From Patescibacteria group bacterium (GTDB lineage: Bacteria; Patescibacteriota; Microgenomatia; UBA1400; PJMF01), in assembly GCA_049322655.1 (NCBI GenBank), contig JBMORP010000006.1:320410-384409 (forward strand): a stretch of 64,000 nucleotides of DNA, read 5' to 3'. The notes beneath the pieces are model-generated. The model saw only the letters and a list, made by a program, of their open reading frames with translations. It had not been told where the DNA came from and did no database searches. The position numbers and the translations under genes are program-made. Shown piece by piece: positions 9,460 through 21,100 of the stretch. Positions within the stretch are counted from its first letter, which is position 1; the number at the start of each line of letters is the position of its first letter.

Positions 9460-10683
9460 CTAATCAAAAGAATAATGAATTTTATTGAACTGTTGATTGA
9501 GTTTCACCACCTCGGACTTAACAATCTGACCTCTCATCGCCTTATCCATTAATTCAGCGACTGATTTCATTTCTGCTTCTTTCATTCCTTTTCTGGTTAG
9601 TTCTGCTGTCCCGATTCTAATAAACCATCTTCCTCCAGCCAATTCATAACCTTGAAAATTAGTTGAAATATTATTAGCAATTAGGTTGCGATAAAGTTCT
9701 AGATGATGACCTTTATTATCAATAAAAACATGAGCCTGGTGATTTTCTGAATAACGACCAGTGTTGGCCTTTCTGACATCATAACCAAGTTCAACAAAGG
9801 CCTCAGCAATAGCATTGGCGTTAGCAATTGTCTGTTGGGCGTAAGCCTGACCGAACTCCTTCATTTCAAGAATTGTAGTTGATAAAGCAATTAAATTAGT
9901 CATGTGGGGAGTAGAATACAAACAACCATCAATGATCGCATTGGCCGTAACTGCCAAAGATTTATCTCTGAAAGCAATCATACCTTTGTGAGGACCAGGT
10001 AGTGTTTTATGGGTATTGGCACAAATAATATTAGCCCCTTCAACCAGAGGAGATTGAAATGTTTGACCCATAATCAACCCCATAGTATGACTGGCATCAT
10101 AGATAATAATCACTTCTTCACCTATTGCCTGTCTGATTTCTTGAAGATTGTGTGGATTGAGGTAATACGAAACATCTAGGTAAATGGCTTTAACTTTATG
10201 TTTTTTGACTTTTTCAGCAATTTTTTTAGTATCGAATTTTAAACTAGCCAAATCAAAATCAATAAAAACATGTTGCCTACCGACTTGTTTAATTAACTTT
10301 TCAGTAGCAAAGTGACCACCATCAACTAAAGCAACTGTCATGACTACATCACCAGGCTTGGTGGCAGCCAGAATGGCCGACATCATAGCATGAACACCAG
10401 ACAAAACATTTAAATTAACATCCGCTGCCCGAAGCATTTCTTTAGCTGCCTGTTTTGCTTGATCAACTAATTCCTGCACACCAGCAAATCCCAACGCTGT
10501 AAAGTCACCAAAATCTACAACTTCATTTTTTCCAGCACCCATGTAATAACGTTCACTTATTTTCGAACCTAAAAAACGAGCTGCTGTTTTTGACATTTGA
10601 TTTTCATTAGCAGTCAAATGCAAAAACTCATTGTTTCTAATTTCCTCTTTGCTAATTTGTTGGAGAAGTGGTGCGATATTCAT
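9460..10683 (-). CDS. glyA: Serine hydroxymethyltransferase family PLP enzyme (divergent GlyA-like)
   Basis: HLTANENQMS… aligns with the SHMT N-terminal motif (LIASENYTS). SHTMGLIMG and the ANTHKTLPGPHKGMI block align with the SHMT TTTHKTLRGPRGG PLP-lysine motif; 407 aa. Confidence 0.6.
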   Translation of the reverse strand: MNIAPLLQQISKEEIRNNEFLHLTANENQMSKTAARFLGSKISERYYMGAGKNEVVDFGDFTALGFAGVQELVDQAKQAAKEMLRAADVNLNVLSGVHAMMSAILAATKPGDVVMTVALVDGGHFATEKLIKQVGRQHVFIDFDLASLKFDTKKIAEKVKKHKVKAIYLDVSYYLNPHNLQEIRQAIGEEVIIIYDASHTMGLIMGQTFQSPLVEGANIICANTHKTLPGPHKGMIAFRDKSLAVTANAIIDGCLYSTPHMTNLIALSTTILEMKEFGQAYAQQTIANANAIAEAFVELGYDVRKANTGRYSENHQAHVFIDNKGHHLELYRNLIANNISTNFQGYELAGGRWFIRIGTAELTRKGMKEAEMKSVAELMDKAMRGQIVKSEVVKLNQQFNKIHYSFD

Positions 10684-10726
10684 GGTTGGAATTATAGCAG
10701 TACCGAAGCTGATTATTTAATTAAAT

Positions 10727-11029
10727 CTAAAGAATAACAATTGAAAACATGAATAAAAAAATTATAAAGACAGCAAAAATTTTGACTGTTTTTGCAAATA
10801 AATTTACTGCTTGCTTTTTCTTTCCCTCAATAAAAAGCATTGATGGTTGATAAAAAAATAAAAATGCCATCACTATTACAGAAATAATTATCATAAATAA
10901 AACTATAGTCTGAGTAAAAAATGCATCTGTTTTGTCCACGAGTCGCACAGAAAAAATATATTGAGTGACAAAATTTATTAAGGTAACAACTGAAGCAAAA
11001 AAAGCATTAATTAAGGGATTTTTTGACAT
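10727..11029 (-). CDS. Small integral membrane protein (3 TM), hypothetical
   Basis: 100 aa hydrophobic ORF between glyA-like and the methyltransferase on the same strand. Confidence 0.4.
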   Translation of the reverse strand: MSKNPLINAFFASVVTLINFVTQYIFSVRLVDKTDAFFTQTIVLFMIIISVIVMAFLFFYQPSMLFIEGKKKQAVNLFAKTVKIFAVFIIFLFMFSIVIL

Positions 11030-11071
11030 AATTTAAGTATTTTCATTATAACTCATAACCTATTTTAAACT

Positions 11072-12085
11072 TCACTTATTAATATTTGATTTTCTAATCA
11101 TCACCCAATTTGAGCCAAAACTCGGAGCAGGTAAACCATTAAATCTATTTGAGCTTTTTTCAGCTCTTTGTCTAGCTAAGTCCTCTTTGTCAAATCCAAC
11201 CACCTCTAAACCCAACTCCTCTACTTTCTTAAGATCTAGATAAAAATCATCAACTCCAGAACCATACATCACCAATACAGCATGATCTTTTGCATATTTT
11301 TTAAATAGTTCTAGTCTTTCGGAAACTTCATTAGGCCATGGATAACAAACCATTACATCGGCATTTTTTAGACTATCGTTTACTGCTGGACTATTTTCAT
11401 CTTCTGCCAAATGAAACTCATCATTAATTATATTGGTTTCTGCCAATGAAATATTTTTTTCTTTAAGAGATTTAATTCTGGCAGCAGCTGTAGTTGTTAG
11501 TGTTGAGTCTCTCTCAATCATCACTGTATTGAATCCCAACCTTGCTAGTACAATTCCCCAAGATCCATCTCCACCTCCAAGATCAACAGCATTTCTTCCA
11601 AGCATAATCCCTTCTTTCGCAGCCAGTGCAATTATCCCCGTCGAAACCCCAAGAGCATCAGCTCCATCTATGGCAACCCACCTTTTGTCAACTTTTCCAA
11701 CGTTACGCAAATAATTCAATTCATCATGAAAGAAAGATCCTGAAGCAATAATTTCTGCTAAAACACCTTGGCTAATCATTTCTTCAGCCTCAAATCCAGG
11801 AAATATTTCTTGATTTAATTGTTGAGTTGTATTCAATGCCCATCTAGATCTTGGAACTGCAATAAGACGATCAAAAATTTCTGAATAAGATAATCTTAAA
11901 GGAGTAAGAGTTTTTACAAGCTGGTCAATAAGTTTATTTCTTCTATTTATTCTCTCATCAAATGAAATACTCGCTTGGATGTGATCAACTCCAATTTCGG
12001 CTTCAATTTGTTCCCATTCTCTTAATGGATCAAATGTTACAGTTAGTTCTAATTCTTTAACTTGAGTTTTATTACCTTCTAGCAT
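11072..12085 (-). CDS. Class I SAM-dependent methyltransferase (PrmA/spermidine-synthase-like Rossmann motif) with an N-terminal domain of about 180 aa
   Basis: Motif I VDLGGGDGSWGIVLARLGF sits at about residue 190, and an acidic motif II-like ERD follows downstream. Confidence 0.5.
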   Translation of the reverse strand: MLEGNKTQVKELELTVTFDPLREWEQIEAEIGVDHIQASISFDERINRRNKLIDQLVKTLTPLRLSYSEIFDRLIAVPRSRWALNTTQQLNQEIFPGFEAEEMISQGVLAEIIASGSFFHDELNYLRNVGKVDKRWVAIDGADALGVSTGIIALAAKEGIMLGRNAVDLGGGDGSWGIVLARLGFNTVMIERDSTLTTTAAARIKSLKEKNISLAETNIINDEFHLAEDENSPAVNDSLKNADVMVCYPWPNEVSERLELFKKYAKDHAVLVMYGSGVDDFYLDLKKVEELGLEVVGFDKEDLARQRAEKSSNRFNGLPAPSFGSNWVMIRKSNINK

Positions 12086-12276
12086 AGAAACAATATCTCA
12101 GATAAATAAGTAAAAAATCAACTTGAAAATTATTTTTCATTGTTAAGAAACCGATCTATAAACAATTATTAGTAGATTGGTGGAATAGACAAAAATACGG
12201 AAAAATTGTCAATGAATATAAACTATCTGGTGATGTTAGCGTATATGAAGCTACCGTAGAATAAATATGGTAAATG

Positions 12277-12348
12277 CTCCCCCGGTAGGATTCGAACCTA
12301 CGACCTTGAAGTTAACAGCTTCCTGCTCTGCCGCTGAGCTACAGGGGA
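12277..12348 (-). tRNA. tRNA-Asn (anticodon GTT)
   Basis: Hand-folded cloverleaf on the minus strand: acceptor TCCCCTG/CGGGGGA, anticodon stem-loop GGAAG-CTGTTAA-CTTCA, T-arm GTAGG-TTCGAAT-CCTAC; 72 nt, CCA not encoded. Confidence 0.75.
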
Positions 12349-12373
12349 ATAATAAAGAACCTCAGTATTATAT

Positions 12374-13645
12374 CTATTCTAAGAAGTCTTGCAACTTCTT
12401 TCTGCGACTTGGATGCTTAAGCTTTCTGAGAGCCTTGGCCTCGATTTGACGAATACGCTCACGAGTGACTCCAAACTTCTTACCAACCTCTTCCAAAGTC
12501 ATGGTTTTATTGCCTTGCAAACCAAATCTCATCTTAAGCACTTTAGCTTCACGATCAGATAAAGCACTCAATACTTCCTCAATGTTTTCACGCAACATTT
12601 GTTTACTAGTGGCCTCATACGGAGAGACTTGTTTATCATCAGCAATGAAGTCACCCAAAATACTGTCATCTTCACCATCACCAACTGGAGTTTCCAAAGA
12701 AGTGGTGTTTTGAGAAATCTTCAGGATTTCCCGAACCTTTTCTGGTTCCATCTCCATTTTTTCACCAATTTCTTCTGGAGTAGGTTCACGACCTAGATCT
12801 TGCATCAAGCGGCGAGCGGTTCTCATTAACTTGTTAATGGTTTCGACCATATGTACTGGAATACGAATGGTACGAGCCTGGTCGGCAATGGAGCGAGTAA
12901 TAGCCTGACGAATCCACCAAGTAGCATAAGTTGAAAATTTAAAACCCTTAGTCCAGTCAAATTTCTCGACAGCTCTGATTAAACCTTTGTTTCCTTCTTG
13001 AATTAAATCCAAAAAAGTCATCCCACGACCAATATATTTTTTGGCAATAGACACCACCAATCTTAAGTTGGCATCGATTAATTTTTGTTTGGCTTTATCA
13101 CTGCCAGCTTCGACCTCCTGGGCCAAACGAATTTCTTGTTCACGATTTAACAAAGGAATTCGACCAATTTCCTTAAGATACATTCTGACTGGATCAGCTA
13201 CACCTGTATTTTTCAAACTACTAAGTAGATCTAATTCTTGTTGTAACTCATCGCTATCTTCTTCCTCCTTAGTTTCAGAAACAGCTTCAAACACATCAAT
13301 ATCTGCTTTAACAATATCATCATAAAAATCATCTAATTGCTCCAAATAAAGTTCTGGCTCAACAAATACATCCAAGATCTCTTCTTGGGTGACATAACCT
13401 TGTTTTTTGGCTTTTTTGAATAAAGCCTCTACTTGTTCTTGAGTTTTAGCTGGAAGTTTTTTTTCCTCTTGTTGAGGACGAAAAGTAAATGGCGTGGTGA
13501 CCCCACTATCTTCGGCTAATTCTTCAACTTGCTTGGCTGCTGTTGCTTTGGTCTCTTTAACTATTTTTTTTACTAGTTTTTTGCTAGCTTTAATATCTTT
13601 TTTTGCAGTCTCAGTTGAAGTTTTTTTGGAAGTTTTTGCGGTCAT
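12374..13645 (-). CDS. rpoD: RNA polymerase sigma-70 factor RpoD
   Basis: Regions 2-4 are conserved ([18 protein letters not shown]…[12 protein letters not shown]…; [27 protein letters not shown]). The ORF-track start at 13675 is a TTG; the first ATG (MTAKTSKK) is at 13643-13645. Confidence 0.9.
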   Translation of the reverse strand: MTAKTSKKTSTETAKKDIKASKKLVKKIVKETKATAAKQVEELAEDSGVTTPFTFRPQQEEKKLPAKTQEQVEALFKKAKKQGYVTQEEILDVFVEPELYLEQLDDFYDDIVKADIDVFEAVSETKEEEDSDELQQELDLLSSLKNTGVADPVRMYLKEIGRIPLLNREQEIRLAQEVEAGSDKAKQKLIDANLRLVVSIAKKYIGRGMTFLDLIQEGNKGLIRAVEKFDWTKGFKFSTYATWWIRQAITRSIADQARTIRIPVHMVETINKLMRTARRLMQDLGREPTPEEIGEKMEMEPEKVREILKISQNTTSLETPVGDGEDDSILGDFIADDKQVSPYEATSKQMLRENIEEVLSALSDREAKVLKMRFGLQGNKTMTLEEVGKKFGVTRERIRQIEAKALRKLKHPSRRKKLQDFLE

Positions 13646-13706
13646 AAGATGTATAATTATACACACAAAAGTCAAAGAAGCCAGAGTAGGAAAAACTTGA
13701 CAAAAA

Positions 13707-14486
13707 TTACTTGACCAATGGCCAATCCATAGTCGGGGTTAAAATTTTGGCACTATTTTTGCCGACTAACACCATATATTCAAACATCACCGCTCTTGAG
13801 CCATCACGAGTTTTGACCGACCAACCATCTGCATCAACATACAAATCATTGTTTCCAGCAATCACTTGGGCCTCGACACAAACCACCATCCCTTCACGAA
13901 GCTTAGCTCCAGTTCCTGGGTCACCCCAGGCAGGAAGTTGCGGTTCATCATGTAAAGTTTGACCAATCCCATGTCCAACATATTGTTCTGCTACTGTAAA
14001 ACCTTGTTCCACCACTGTTGTTTCCATAAGATAACCAAGATCTCCGGTCATCACTCCGGCTTTAGCAGCTTGTGCAGCTTTCAGCACTGCCTTACGACCA
14101 GTTTTCATCAAGAGCTCATCTGCTGGAGATAAATAGTCACCAATCACTACCGTAAAACAATGATCAGTATTGTAACCATCCTTTTCAATGCCAAAATCAA
14201 CTTTGACTAAATCACCTGTTTGCAAAGGTTTATCCTGAGGAATACCATGCACCACTGTGTCATTAACTGAAATACAAGTAGCATATTGATAGGGATTACG
14301 TGGGCCACCAACTCCTTTAAAATTTGGTCTAGCTCCAGCTTCTTTGGTTAATTTTTCTGCCAAAGCATCAATCTCCAAAGGAGTCACGCCTGCTTTAGTA
14401 AATTGGTGAAGTTGCCACAAAATATCGGTTGATAATTTAGCAATGGCTTGGTATTTTTCAAGCTCTTGTGGTGAAGTTAAAATCAT
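13707..14486 (-). CDS. map: Methionine aminopeptidase, type I
   Basis: 259 aa with the metal-ligand pattern of MetAP I (…[13 protein letters not shown]… [11 protein letters not shown]… VVCVEAQV…). Confidence 0.9.
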   Translation of the reverse strand: MILTSPQELEKYQAIAKLSTDILWQLHQFTKAGVTPLEIDALAEKLTKEAGARPNFKGVGGPRNPYQYATCISVNDTVVHGIPQDKPLQTGDLVKVDFGIEKDGYNTDHCFTVVIGDYLSPADELLMKTGRKAVLKAAQAAKAGVMTGDLGYLMETTVVEQGFTVAEQYVGHGIGQTLHDEPQLPAWGDPGTGAKLREGMVVCVEAQVIAGNNDLYVDADGWSVKTRDGSRAVMFEYMVLVGKNSAKILTPTMDWPLVK

Positions 14487-14495
14487 AAACTTATT

Positions 14496-15707
14496 TTACA
14501 CTGTAAACATTCCATCACGGTAAATTACTTTGGAAGATCCGTCTTTCATGAAAGCAGTCACCACTCTATCAGTGGTAGAAACCATATCGGTATGTTCAGC
14601 TGAATCGTTGTAGCCCAATTCTTGCCACTCCACATCAGATAACTTACTAGGATCATCCAAGTAGCAATCTCGATAAGCACGCCCAATCGCTACATGAGTA
14701 TTACCAAAAGGGCCTCCGATGTTTTCATCAAATAAAGTCTCGGCCATCACGTGAGTAATTCTAGAAGTTCTTTTATCGGTCAAAGAGAACTCACCCAACT
14801 TATCAGCATTATTACTTTTCAACATTTCTTGCAAAAATTTATCACCTTGTTTGGCTGAGGCTGTTACCACATGGCCTCGCTCAAACTTCATCTCGATCCC
14901 CTTGATAATCTGCCCATAACGATAAAGAGGCTGATTAAACTTAACCCAACCTTCAGTCCCTCGCCAATCTGGAGAAGTAAAGATCTCAAAACTAGGAATA
15001 TTTCTACCCTCACCACCACGCCAACGACGTTTCTCACCGATCCTCACTCGAAGATCTAGATCTTGACCTTTAACAATCACATACTCTATCTGCATATCAT
15101 TCAAAACTTGCTTCACTCTTTCCTGAAATTGGGCAATTTTTTTCCATTCTGCAACTGGATTTTCTTTGTCCAAATAACAAGCTTTGATAATTTGGTTCCA
15201 ATATTCTTTCAAAGTTAGACCGACTTCTTTGGCTTTGGCCTCAACACCCCACAAACCAATTGTCCAAGTGTATTTACCAGCTTGTTCTTTGGCATCCATC
15301 CAGTCTCTCAGAGCTTTTTTGGAATCACGCGCTAAAATAATTTTCTTGGGATCAACGTCAGCCAGTTCTGCTGGTTCAGGATCGGCCAAAATACCCAAAG
15401 TATGATCAATCAAATCAACTTGAACTTTGCTGAATTTTTTAGGAAAAAAAGTTAACTGTTCTTCATTAGCCAGAGTATAAAAATCACGGTCAAAACCAGT
15501 TGGTAAAAACCGCATCATTGGGTGAGCTCCTGCTTTTAAAACTGCATTCTGTAATTCCAAAGCTAAAGCTTTGGCCACATCAGGCACTACTAACCTCACT
15601 ACTTCACCGGCCTTAACTCCTTGACCAGAATTTAGGGCAAAATTAACCAAAACATCGGCATATTTTTTTAAGACCGCTGGTGATAAAAATGGTGGTTTTT
15701 CAAACAT
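14496..15707 (-). CDS. M29-family aminopeptidase (AmpS/PepS/aminopeptidase T-like)
   Basis: 403 aa with a GNTHVAIG-type motif and a length and composition typical of thermophilic-metalloprotease M29 enzymes. Confidence 0.7.
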   Translation of the reverse strand: MFEKPPFLSPAVLKKYADVLVNFALNSGQGVKAGEVVRLVVPDVAKALALELQNAVLKAGAHPMMRFLPTGFDRDFYTLANEEQLTFFPKKFSKVQVDLIDHTLGILADPEPAELADVDPKKIILARDSKKALRDWMDAKEQAGKYTWTIGLWGVEAKAKEVGLTLKEYWNQIIKACYLDKENPVAEWKKIAQFQERVKQVLNDMQIEYVIVKGQDLDLRVRIGEKRRWRGGEGRNIPSFEIFTSPDWRGTEGWVKFNQPLYRYGQIIKGIEMKFERGHVVTASAKQGDKFLQEMLKSNNADKLGEFSLTDKRTSRITHVMAETLFDENIGGPFGNTHVAIGRAYRDCYLDDPSKLSDVEWQELGYNDSAEHTDMVSTTDRVVTAFMKDGSSKVIYRDGMFTV

Positions 15708-15807
15708 ATACTTTCCCCAAGTATGTTAAACTATGACGACAAGGATTTTACCACGTCTTGTGACAAAAAAAGTGTAGACAATCTTACAACCAATAGAAGG
15801 GAATTAC

Positions 15808-16422
15808 ATGTCTAACATGCCTGCTGTTTATAAGCCTAGTGCTGATCGAGAAATTGCTCCCGGTATTTATCACACTACTATTGATGGTCTGCTTTATCTT
15901 GAGTACAAAAAATTCCAAGATGATCGAGGTTTCTTTGCTGATATTACTGGCCTGAAAAACCTAGAAAAAGTACTTGGTAAAAAAATGGAGCTCAAACAAA
16001 TTAACTTGGCTTCTTCCAAAACTAATGTTGTCCGAGGATTGCACGCTGAAGGCTGGAATAAATTAGTAACCACTTTTACTGGTAAAGGGTTCTCTGCCTT
16101 AGCAGACATTAGACCCAACTCACCAACTTTTAAAAAAGTTGAGTATTTTCTATTCGACAATGATGAAAACTCTGACAAGGGTACTGCTCTCTATATTCCC
16201 AAAGGAGTGGCTAACTCAGTTTGCGCTATAGAAGGCCCGCTCCTTTACCACTATGTGGTAGATTCTTTTTATGAAGATCGAGATCCCAGTGGCGATAAAG
16301 CCCTATCGATTTTTGATCCAGAATTAAACATTCAATGGCCAATTACTAAAGAACAAATGATTATTTCTCAGAGAGACCGAGACAGCGTTACTCTCAAAGA
16401 GATGTTAGCTCAAAAAACATAG
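15808..16422 (+). CDS. rfbC: dTDP-4-dehydrorhamnose 3,5-epimerase-like cupin (RmlC family)
   Basis: RGLHAE (RGLH[YF]Q-like) motif, a length of about 200 aa and a cupin pattern; no other rml genes are adjacent. Confidence 0.65.
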   Translation: MSNMPAVYKPSADREIAPGIYHTTIDGLLYLEYKKFQDDRGFFADITGLKNLEKVLGKKMELKQINLASSKTNVVRGLHAEGWNKLVTTFTGKGFSALADIRPNSPTFKKVEYFLFDNDENSDKGTALYIPKGVANSVCAIEGPLLYHYVVDSFYEDRDPSGDKALSIFDPELNIQWPITKEQMIISQRDRDSVTLKEMLAQKT

Positions 16423-18079
16423 TTTGTAATTGAGCTATTGCGGAGTGGTCAAAAAAATTTTGATAAAAAACCAGTAAATTTTTCAAATAGAGCTCTTGTC
16501 GAAGTTTATCCTGGTGAGTTACTGCTTGATCAACTAACTTAACTCGTTCTTCAACTCTAGTCTTCATTTTTTCCGAAATTAGCTGCTGCCTCCAAAAATC
16601 ATTAACCAACTTTAAAAACTCATGCCAACTAAATAAAGATTGAAAAATGGCTGGCTGATTTTTTTTAAAACTTAGCTTAATTTTTTGTTGAGCAAAAGTA
16701 TTTTTTTTCACATTTAATAAACTCACCTCGCCAGTTTCATCATAAGCATAAATTGTTGGTGAAAAATCAGGAGTTAAGTTACTAAATTCAATTAGGTAAT
16801 CTTGCTCTGTTGGTTTAGGCACCAGCGTAAAATAAACTGCTGGCTGATCTGTGGTGAGCTGTTCAACAAGTTGCCTTGTTTCTATCTTCTCTTCATTGTT
16901 AGTAAGAATATTTACCTCTGTTAGAGGGTGATGCACTACTACTAAATAACTCAAATCAGTAAAACTAGGTTGAAAAACTCGAAGCGAGTTAATCTGTTGA
17001 TAATCTACAGTTTTTTGCTGACCAACCAATGGATCATTAACCAAAAAGTCATGATTGTCCTGATCAAAACCATAAAACACCACAAAATGACCAGGAACTT
17101 GAGCAACTACCGGTACTCTAGATCGAATTAATAACTCAGCTGCTGTTGGCCAATGTTCTGTAACAACTGAAAACTCTAGCTTGGGCAAAACCGAATCTTG
17201 GGCAGCCAATTGCTTAGTTAATCTTGTTATTGCCCACCAATTCACTAAACCATCAGCGATATAACCATCAGCCTGAATTTTTAACCACTGATTTAGTGAT
17301 TCAGGATCCAAAACCTGACCATTGGGTAAGTAATTAAAACCATGAAAATTGAGAATCATCACTGCTGAAGTTAAAGCACAACCCCAACGACCGATAGTCG
17401 GCTGACTAGACCAACTCTCAGCCTGATCATAAATACTAGCTGACCACAAAGGATCATTCTGAAAAATTTGAGTCACCGGCAAAACAAAAAAGTTGTGATC
17501 CAAAAACTTCAACTCTTTGATTGTTGTTTCAACTGGATAAACACTGCCCGCTGCTAATTTAAAACCCCAACTCCCAACACTAGTCAAAGGATCATAAGTC
17601 CAATCGGCAAAATGAAAAATTTCATAACCATCCAAAAAAATACTTAATAAACCATTTTCTCTAGCAATTTTCAATTGGTAAGCCTGTTGTTGTTGCCAAG
17701 CGAAATTAATTCCCTTGGCCAACATTTCCTGACCAGCTATAAAGCGATTAACCCAAATCGAACCAGTCGCAAAATGGAGTTGATAGTAATTATGCTCATC
17801 AACAAATCCCCAAATAAAATTATGATCGTTGCCTTGTTGGGGAGTAAAACTAAACTGCCAAACAAAATCCTCAGTCACGGGAAAAAACTCACTGTTAGTG
17901 AGCAAAAAGTTTTGCCCAACCGGTTGCTCCATTAAGCCAGTAATAACGCCATCATTTACCTGCCAAATAACGGCTGGATTAAGGTTAATTTCTGTCCACT
18001 GTTCACTGGCAAAAATACTTTTGGCTGAAGCAAAAAAAAGCAACCAACAACAAAAAAATATTTTTACTAACAACTTCAT
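16394..18079 (-). CDS. Secreted protein with a jelly-roll (LamG-like) N-domain and a peptidase C39-like (papain-fold) domain
   Basis: Signal peptide. The WGCALTSAVMILNFHG block matches the C39-like catalytic Cys context (CGxAxxxMxL). Confidence 0.5.
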   Translation of the reverse strand: MKLLVKIFFCCWLLFFASAKSIFASEQWTEINLNPAVIWQVNDGVITGLMEQPVGQNFLLTNSEFFPVTEDFVWQFSFTPQQGNDHNFIWGFVDEHNYYQLHFATGSIWVNRFIAGQEMLAKGINFAWQQQQAYQLKIARENGLLSIFLDGYEIFHFADWTYDPLTSVGSWGFKLAAGSVYPVETTIKELKFLDHNFFVLPVTQIFQNDPLWSASIYDQAESWSSQPTIGRWGCALTSAVMILNFHGFNYLPNGQVLDPESLNQWLKIQADGYIADGLVNWWAITRLTKQLAAQDSVLPKLEFSVVTEHWPTAAELLIRSRVPVVAQVPGHFVVFYGFDQDNHDFLVNDPLVGQQKTVDYQQINSLRVFQPSFTDLSYLVVVHHPLTEVNILTNNEEKIETRQLVEQLTTDQPAVYFTLVPKPTEQDYLIEFSNLTPDFSPTIYAYDETGEVSLLNVKKNTFAQQKIKLSFKKNQPAIFQSLFSWHEFLKLVNDFWRQQLISEKMKTRVEERVKLVDQAVTHQDKLRQELYLKNLLVFYQNFFDHSAIAQLQTMFFELTSL

Positions 18080-18109
18080 TGAGTGTTAGTAAACACTAGT
18101 AAGCTGACA

Positions 18110-21100
18110 TTACTCAGCTAATTCTTCCTCTTTTTGTTCAACTAACTTAGCTCGTTTACCAGACAATCCTGCCACCAAAACTAGTGATATAAAAGTTAAA
18201 ACTACTATGGTTAAAGATGCCAACGCTATTATCTCTGGTAAATAAACAACTAATAATGAATTATCACCAACTGGAACTTGCCATAAATTAGCCCAATTAT
18301 TTAACCTTAAATGTTGAACTAGTTTTTTATTTTGCCAATCAATTCCCAACCACAAATCATCATAAGTTTGATCAATGCCAACGAAACAAGGTGCCTGTTC
18401 ACATCTATAATCAATCTTAAAAATAGAATCAAGATATTTTTTGTCTTGCTTAGTAGTCAAGTTATTAGTTAACTGACTAAAATCACTATTTTTTAAAGTA
18501 ATTTGAGCTAATCTTTTTAATGGTAATGGTTGAAGTTGAATTTTTTCTAATGCATTCATACTTTCTTTACCAAAAGATCTAGTCTCCCAGTTAATGCTAA
18601 AGATATCTCTAGCATCAGTAGTAACTTGACCTAAAGTAATAAATAAATCAAAAACATTTTTTTGTTCTAAATAATCTTCTGGCAAAATATTACGATTACT
18701 ATAATTAATAAAAAACTTAGTTCCCCGACCTTGGTAATTTCTACCAGCAACTCTCATTACATAAGAATAAGCAGCTGAAACATCTTTAAAAGTATAACCA
18801 TTACAATTTACGGCTCGATCTTTTGCCTGATAAATTACTTTATTATCAGTAATAACTGTTTCAATTTCACCAATTTCTCCAGTTACACAATTAATCGATG
18901 GATTCTTAGTTAGATCAACATTCAACGTGGGAAAAATTGAAATTAACCCCAAGGCTCTTATTTCGTGCGTATCTAAAACAACTTCTTTAGTCAACTCAGA
19001 CCAATTTGGAGTAAAAGTAAATAGTTCAGTTGTATCAAATAATAAACCACTCACCGCTTCAGTTTGATTATAATCAAGTTCTTCAGGCTTAGGGGCGTAT
19101 TCAACCTTAATCTCCTCTCCAACCTCAAACTCAATAATAGGAAAAACAGTTTCACCTTTTTGTACTATCACGCCAAAATCATTAAAGAAAACAACCATTT
19201 CATTGGGTATAGTTTCATCTGATAAGGAAAACTCAAAATTTTCTAATTTTGCTAAATCTATTTGCTGTTTCTCTGTTAATAAAACATAGTGAGGAAAATC
19301 AACTGTCACCTTTCGATCTTGATAGCTAATAGTGGCTGGCAGCAAGTATTGATCGTCAGTCAAAGCAGGGATGGTTAACTGATAATTATCTTGCTTAAAA
19401 TACTTCCATACCTTGGCATTATTTTCCTCAAAAATAACATCTGTTAAACGGTGAGACATTAAATCTGCAAAAGGGTAAACTAAATCTGCTTGATCAGTTA
19501 GCACATAGTCTCCAATTTGTTGATAAATAAAGTCTGTTCTCACTCTTTCGGTATCACCAGTAACAAAACTCAATTTTGCTGGTACCAAAACCTCAGCTTC
19601 TTTATTGGGTGCTTGTCGTTCATAAATTGTTAAAAAATCTTGTTGCCAAACCTGTTTAAAACCAGCCTTAGTTAATAGTTCTTTTGTCTGCTCAAGATCA
19701 TGATCACGACTAGGATCAACTCTAGTTTCGTCAATAATTACTAAATCAACATTATATTTTCTGGTCATTAGTGAAAATTGTTCTGTGTCAGCAGCGTCTA
19801 AAACATGTTTTAGTTCATAGTAAAAGAAATCAGATGTCTCTACCCATCGGTCAGAATCACGATTTAAAAAAGCCTGAGGAAAACCAAAAAAATAAAAACC
19901 CATACCTTGATAACCATTCTCTTCAGCCAAAAATTGCCAATCATAGAGCTCCCAACCAGCGTGAGTAAACTGAGGCAGCTGCAAAATTCTCAAATCTTTA
20001 TCACGAGTTTTTAAATAGTCAAACATAACCCAGTATTGATCTGGGTACTTAATTTGTAATTTTTCACTAATAAAATGTCCTTGAAATGATGGCCAAGCAA
20101 CTACAAAAGGACTAATATAAATAGTAAAAAAAATTAGTACTGCTAAAAATCGAGCAAAAAATTTTAATTTTTGCAGATTAACTAAAAATAAAACAGTTTT
20201 TTCTACTACAGTAATAAATAAAATAACTGACACAAAAGAATAGAGAATGGAAAGTTTGGTGAATGGATTACGAAAAGCTTCTCTAAAAGTTGGAGATTGG
20301 TAAAGTTGGTCTAGTATTCTATTGGTTGGCAATAAATCAATCCAAACGAACACCAAACAAAAAATATAGAACAATAAAACAGCCCAACGTCGCCAACTTT
20401 TATCTTGAGCAAAAATAGTCACCACAAAACCAAACAAAGTAATCACCCCAAGAGTTTTCATTAAATAGATTACAATTGGTTGATTTAAATGATCTTGCCA
20501 TTCATTAAAGATTAATTCATGTTTTTTAGTAGAAAAATTATAATCCTGCCAGGTAAAAAGATAGTGCTTGCCACTAGTTAAATTTTCAATCGTGCCAGCC
20601 TCACGAATACTCCACACTGATTCTGGAGCAAATAATTGGTTGTCTCGACTTTCTTGAACGTAGTGAGCATTGTGAAAACTATAATAAAGATTAGGTAAAA
20701 TCCAATAAGAATTCGCAAAAAAAGTAATTAAACCCACCAAAAAACCATATTGAATAGCTTTAACTATCTTATGTTTTTGTAAGGTAAGAAAAAAAGCATA
20801 AAGCAAAGAAAATATCACAGCTAAATAAAAAACAGTTTGAGTGTGAGCACTAGGAGCAATTAAAAACTGTAATAATAAAAAATAAAGAATAGACTTAGCA
20901 GTAATTTTTTCTAGTAAAAAGTGAATACTTAATAATAGAAACGGTAAAAAAGCAAACTGCACCATAAACATTTCAAAACTGATGTAGAACTGCTGTAAGG
21001 TGAGAATGTGAAGTAAGTAAAAAACAGCTCCTAAACTGGCCAACCATGATTGCCAAAACTTGTTTTTATCATTTAACCAAACACATTTTAGGTAAAAATA

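Noticed and set aside
12267-12449. 60-aa ORF covering the tRNA-Asn locus
   Set aside because: Its sequence is the tRNA gene plus flanks, so it is not a protein.
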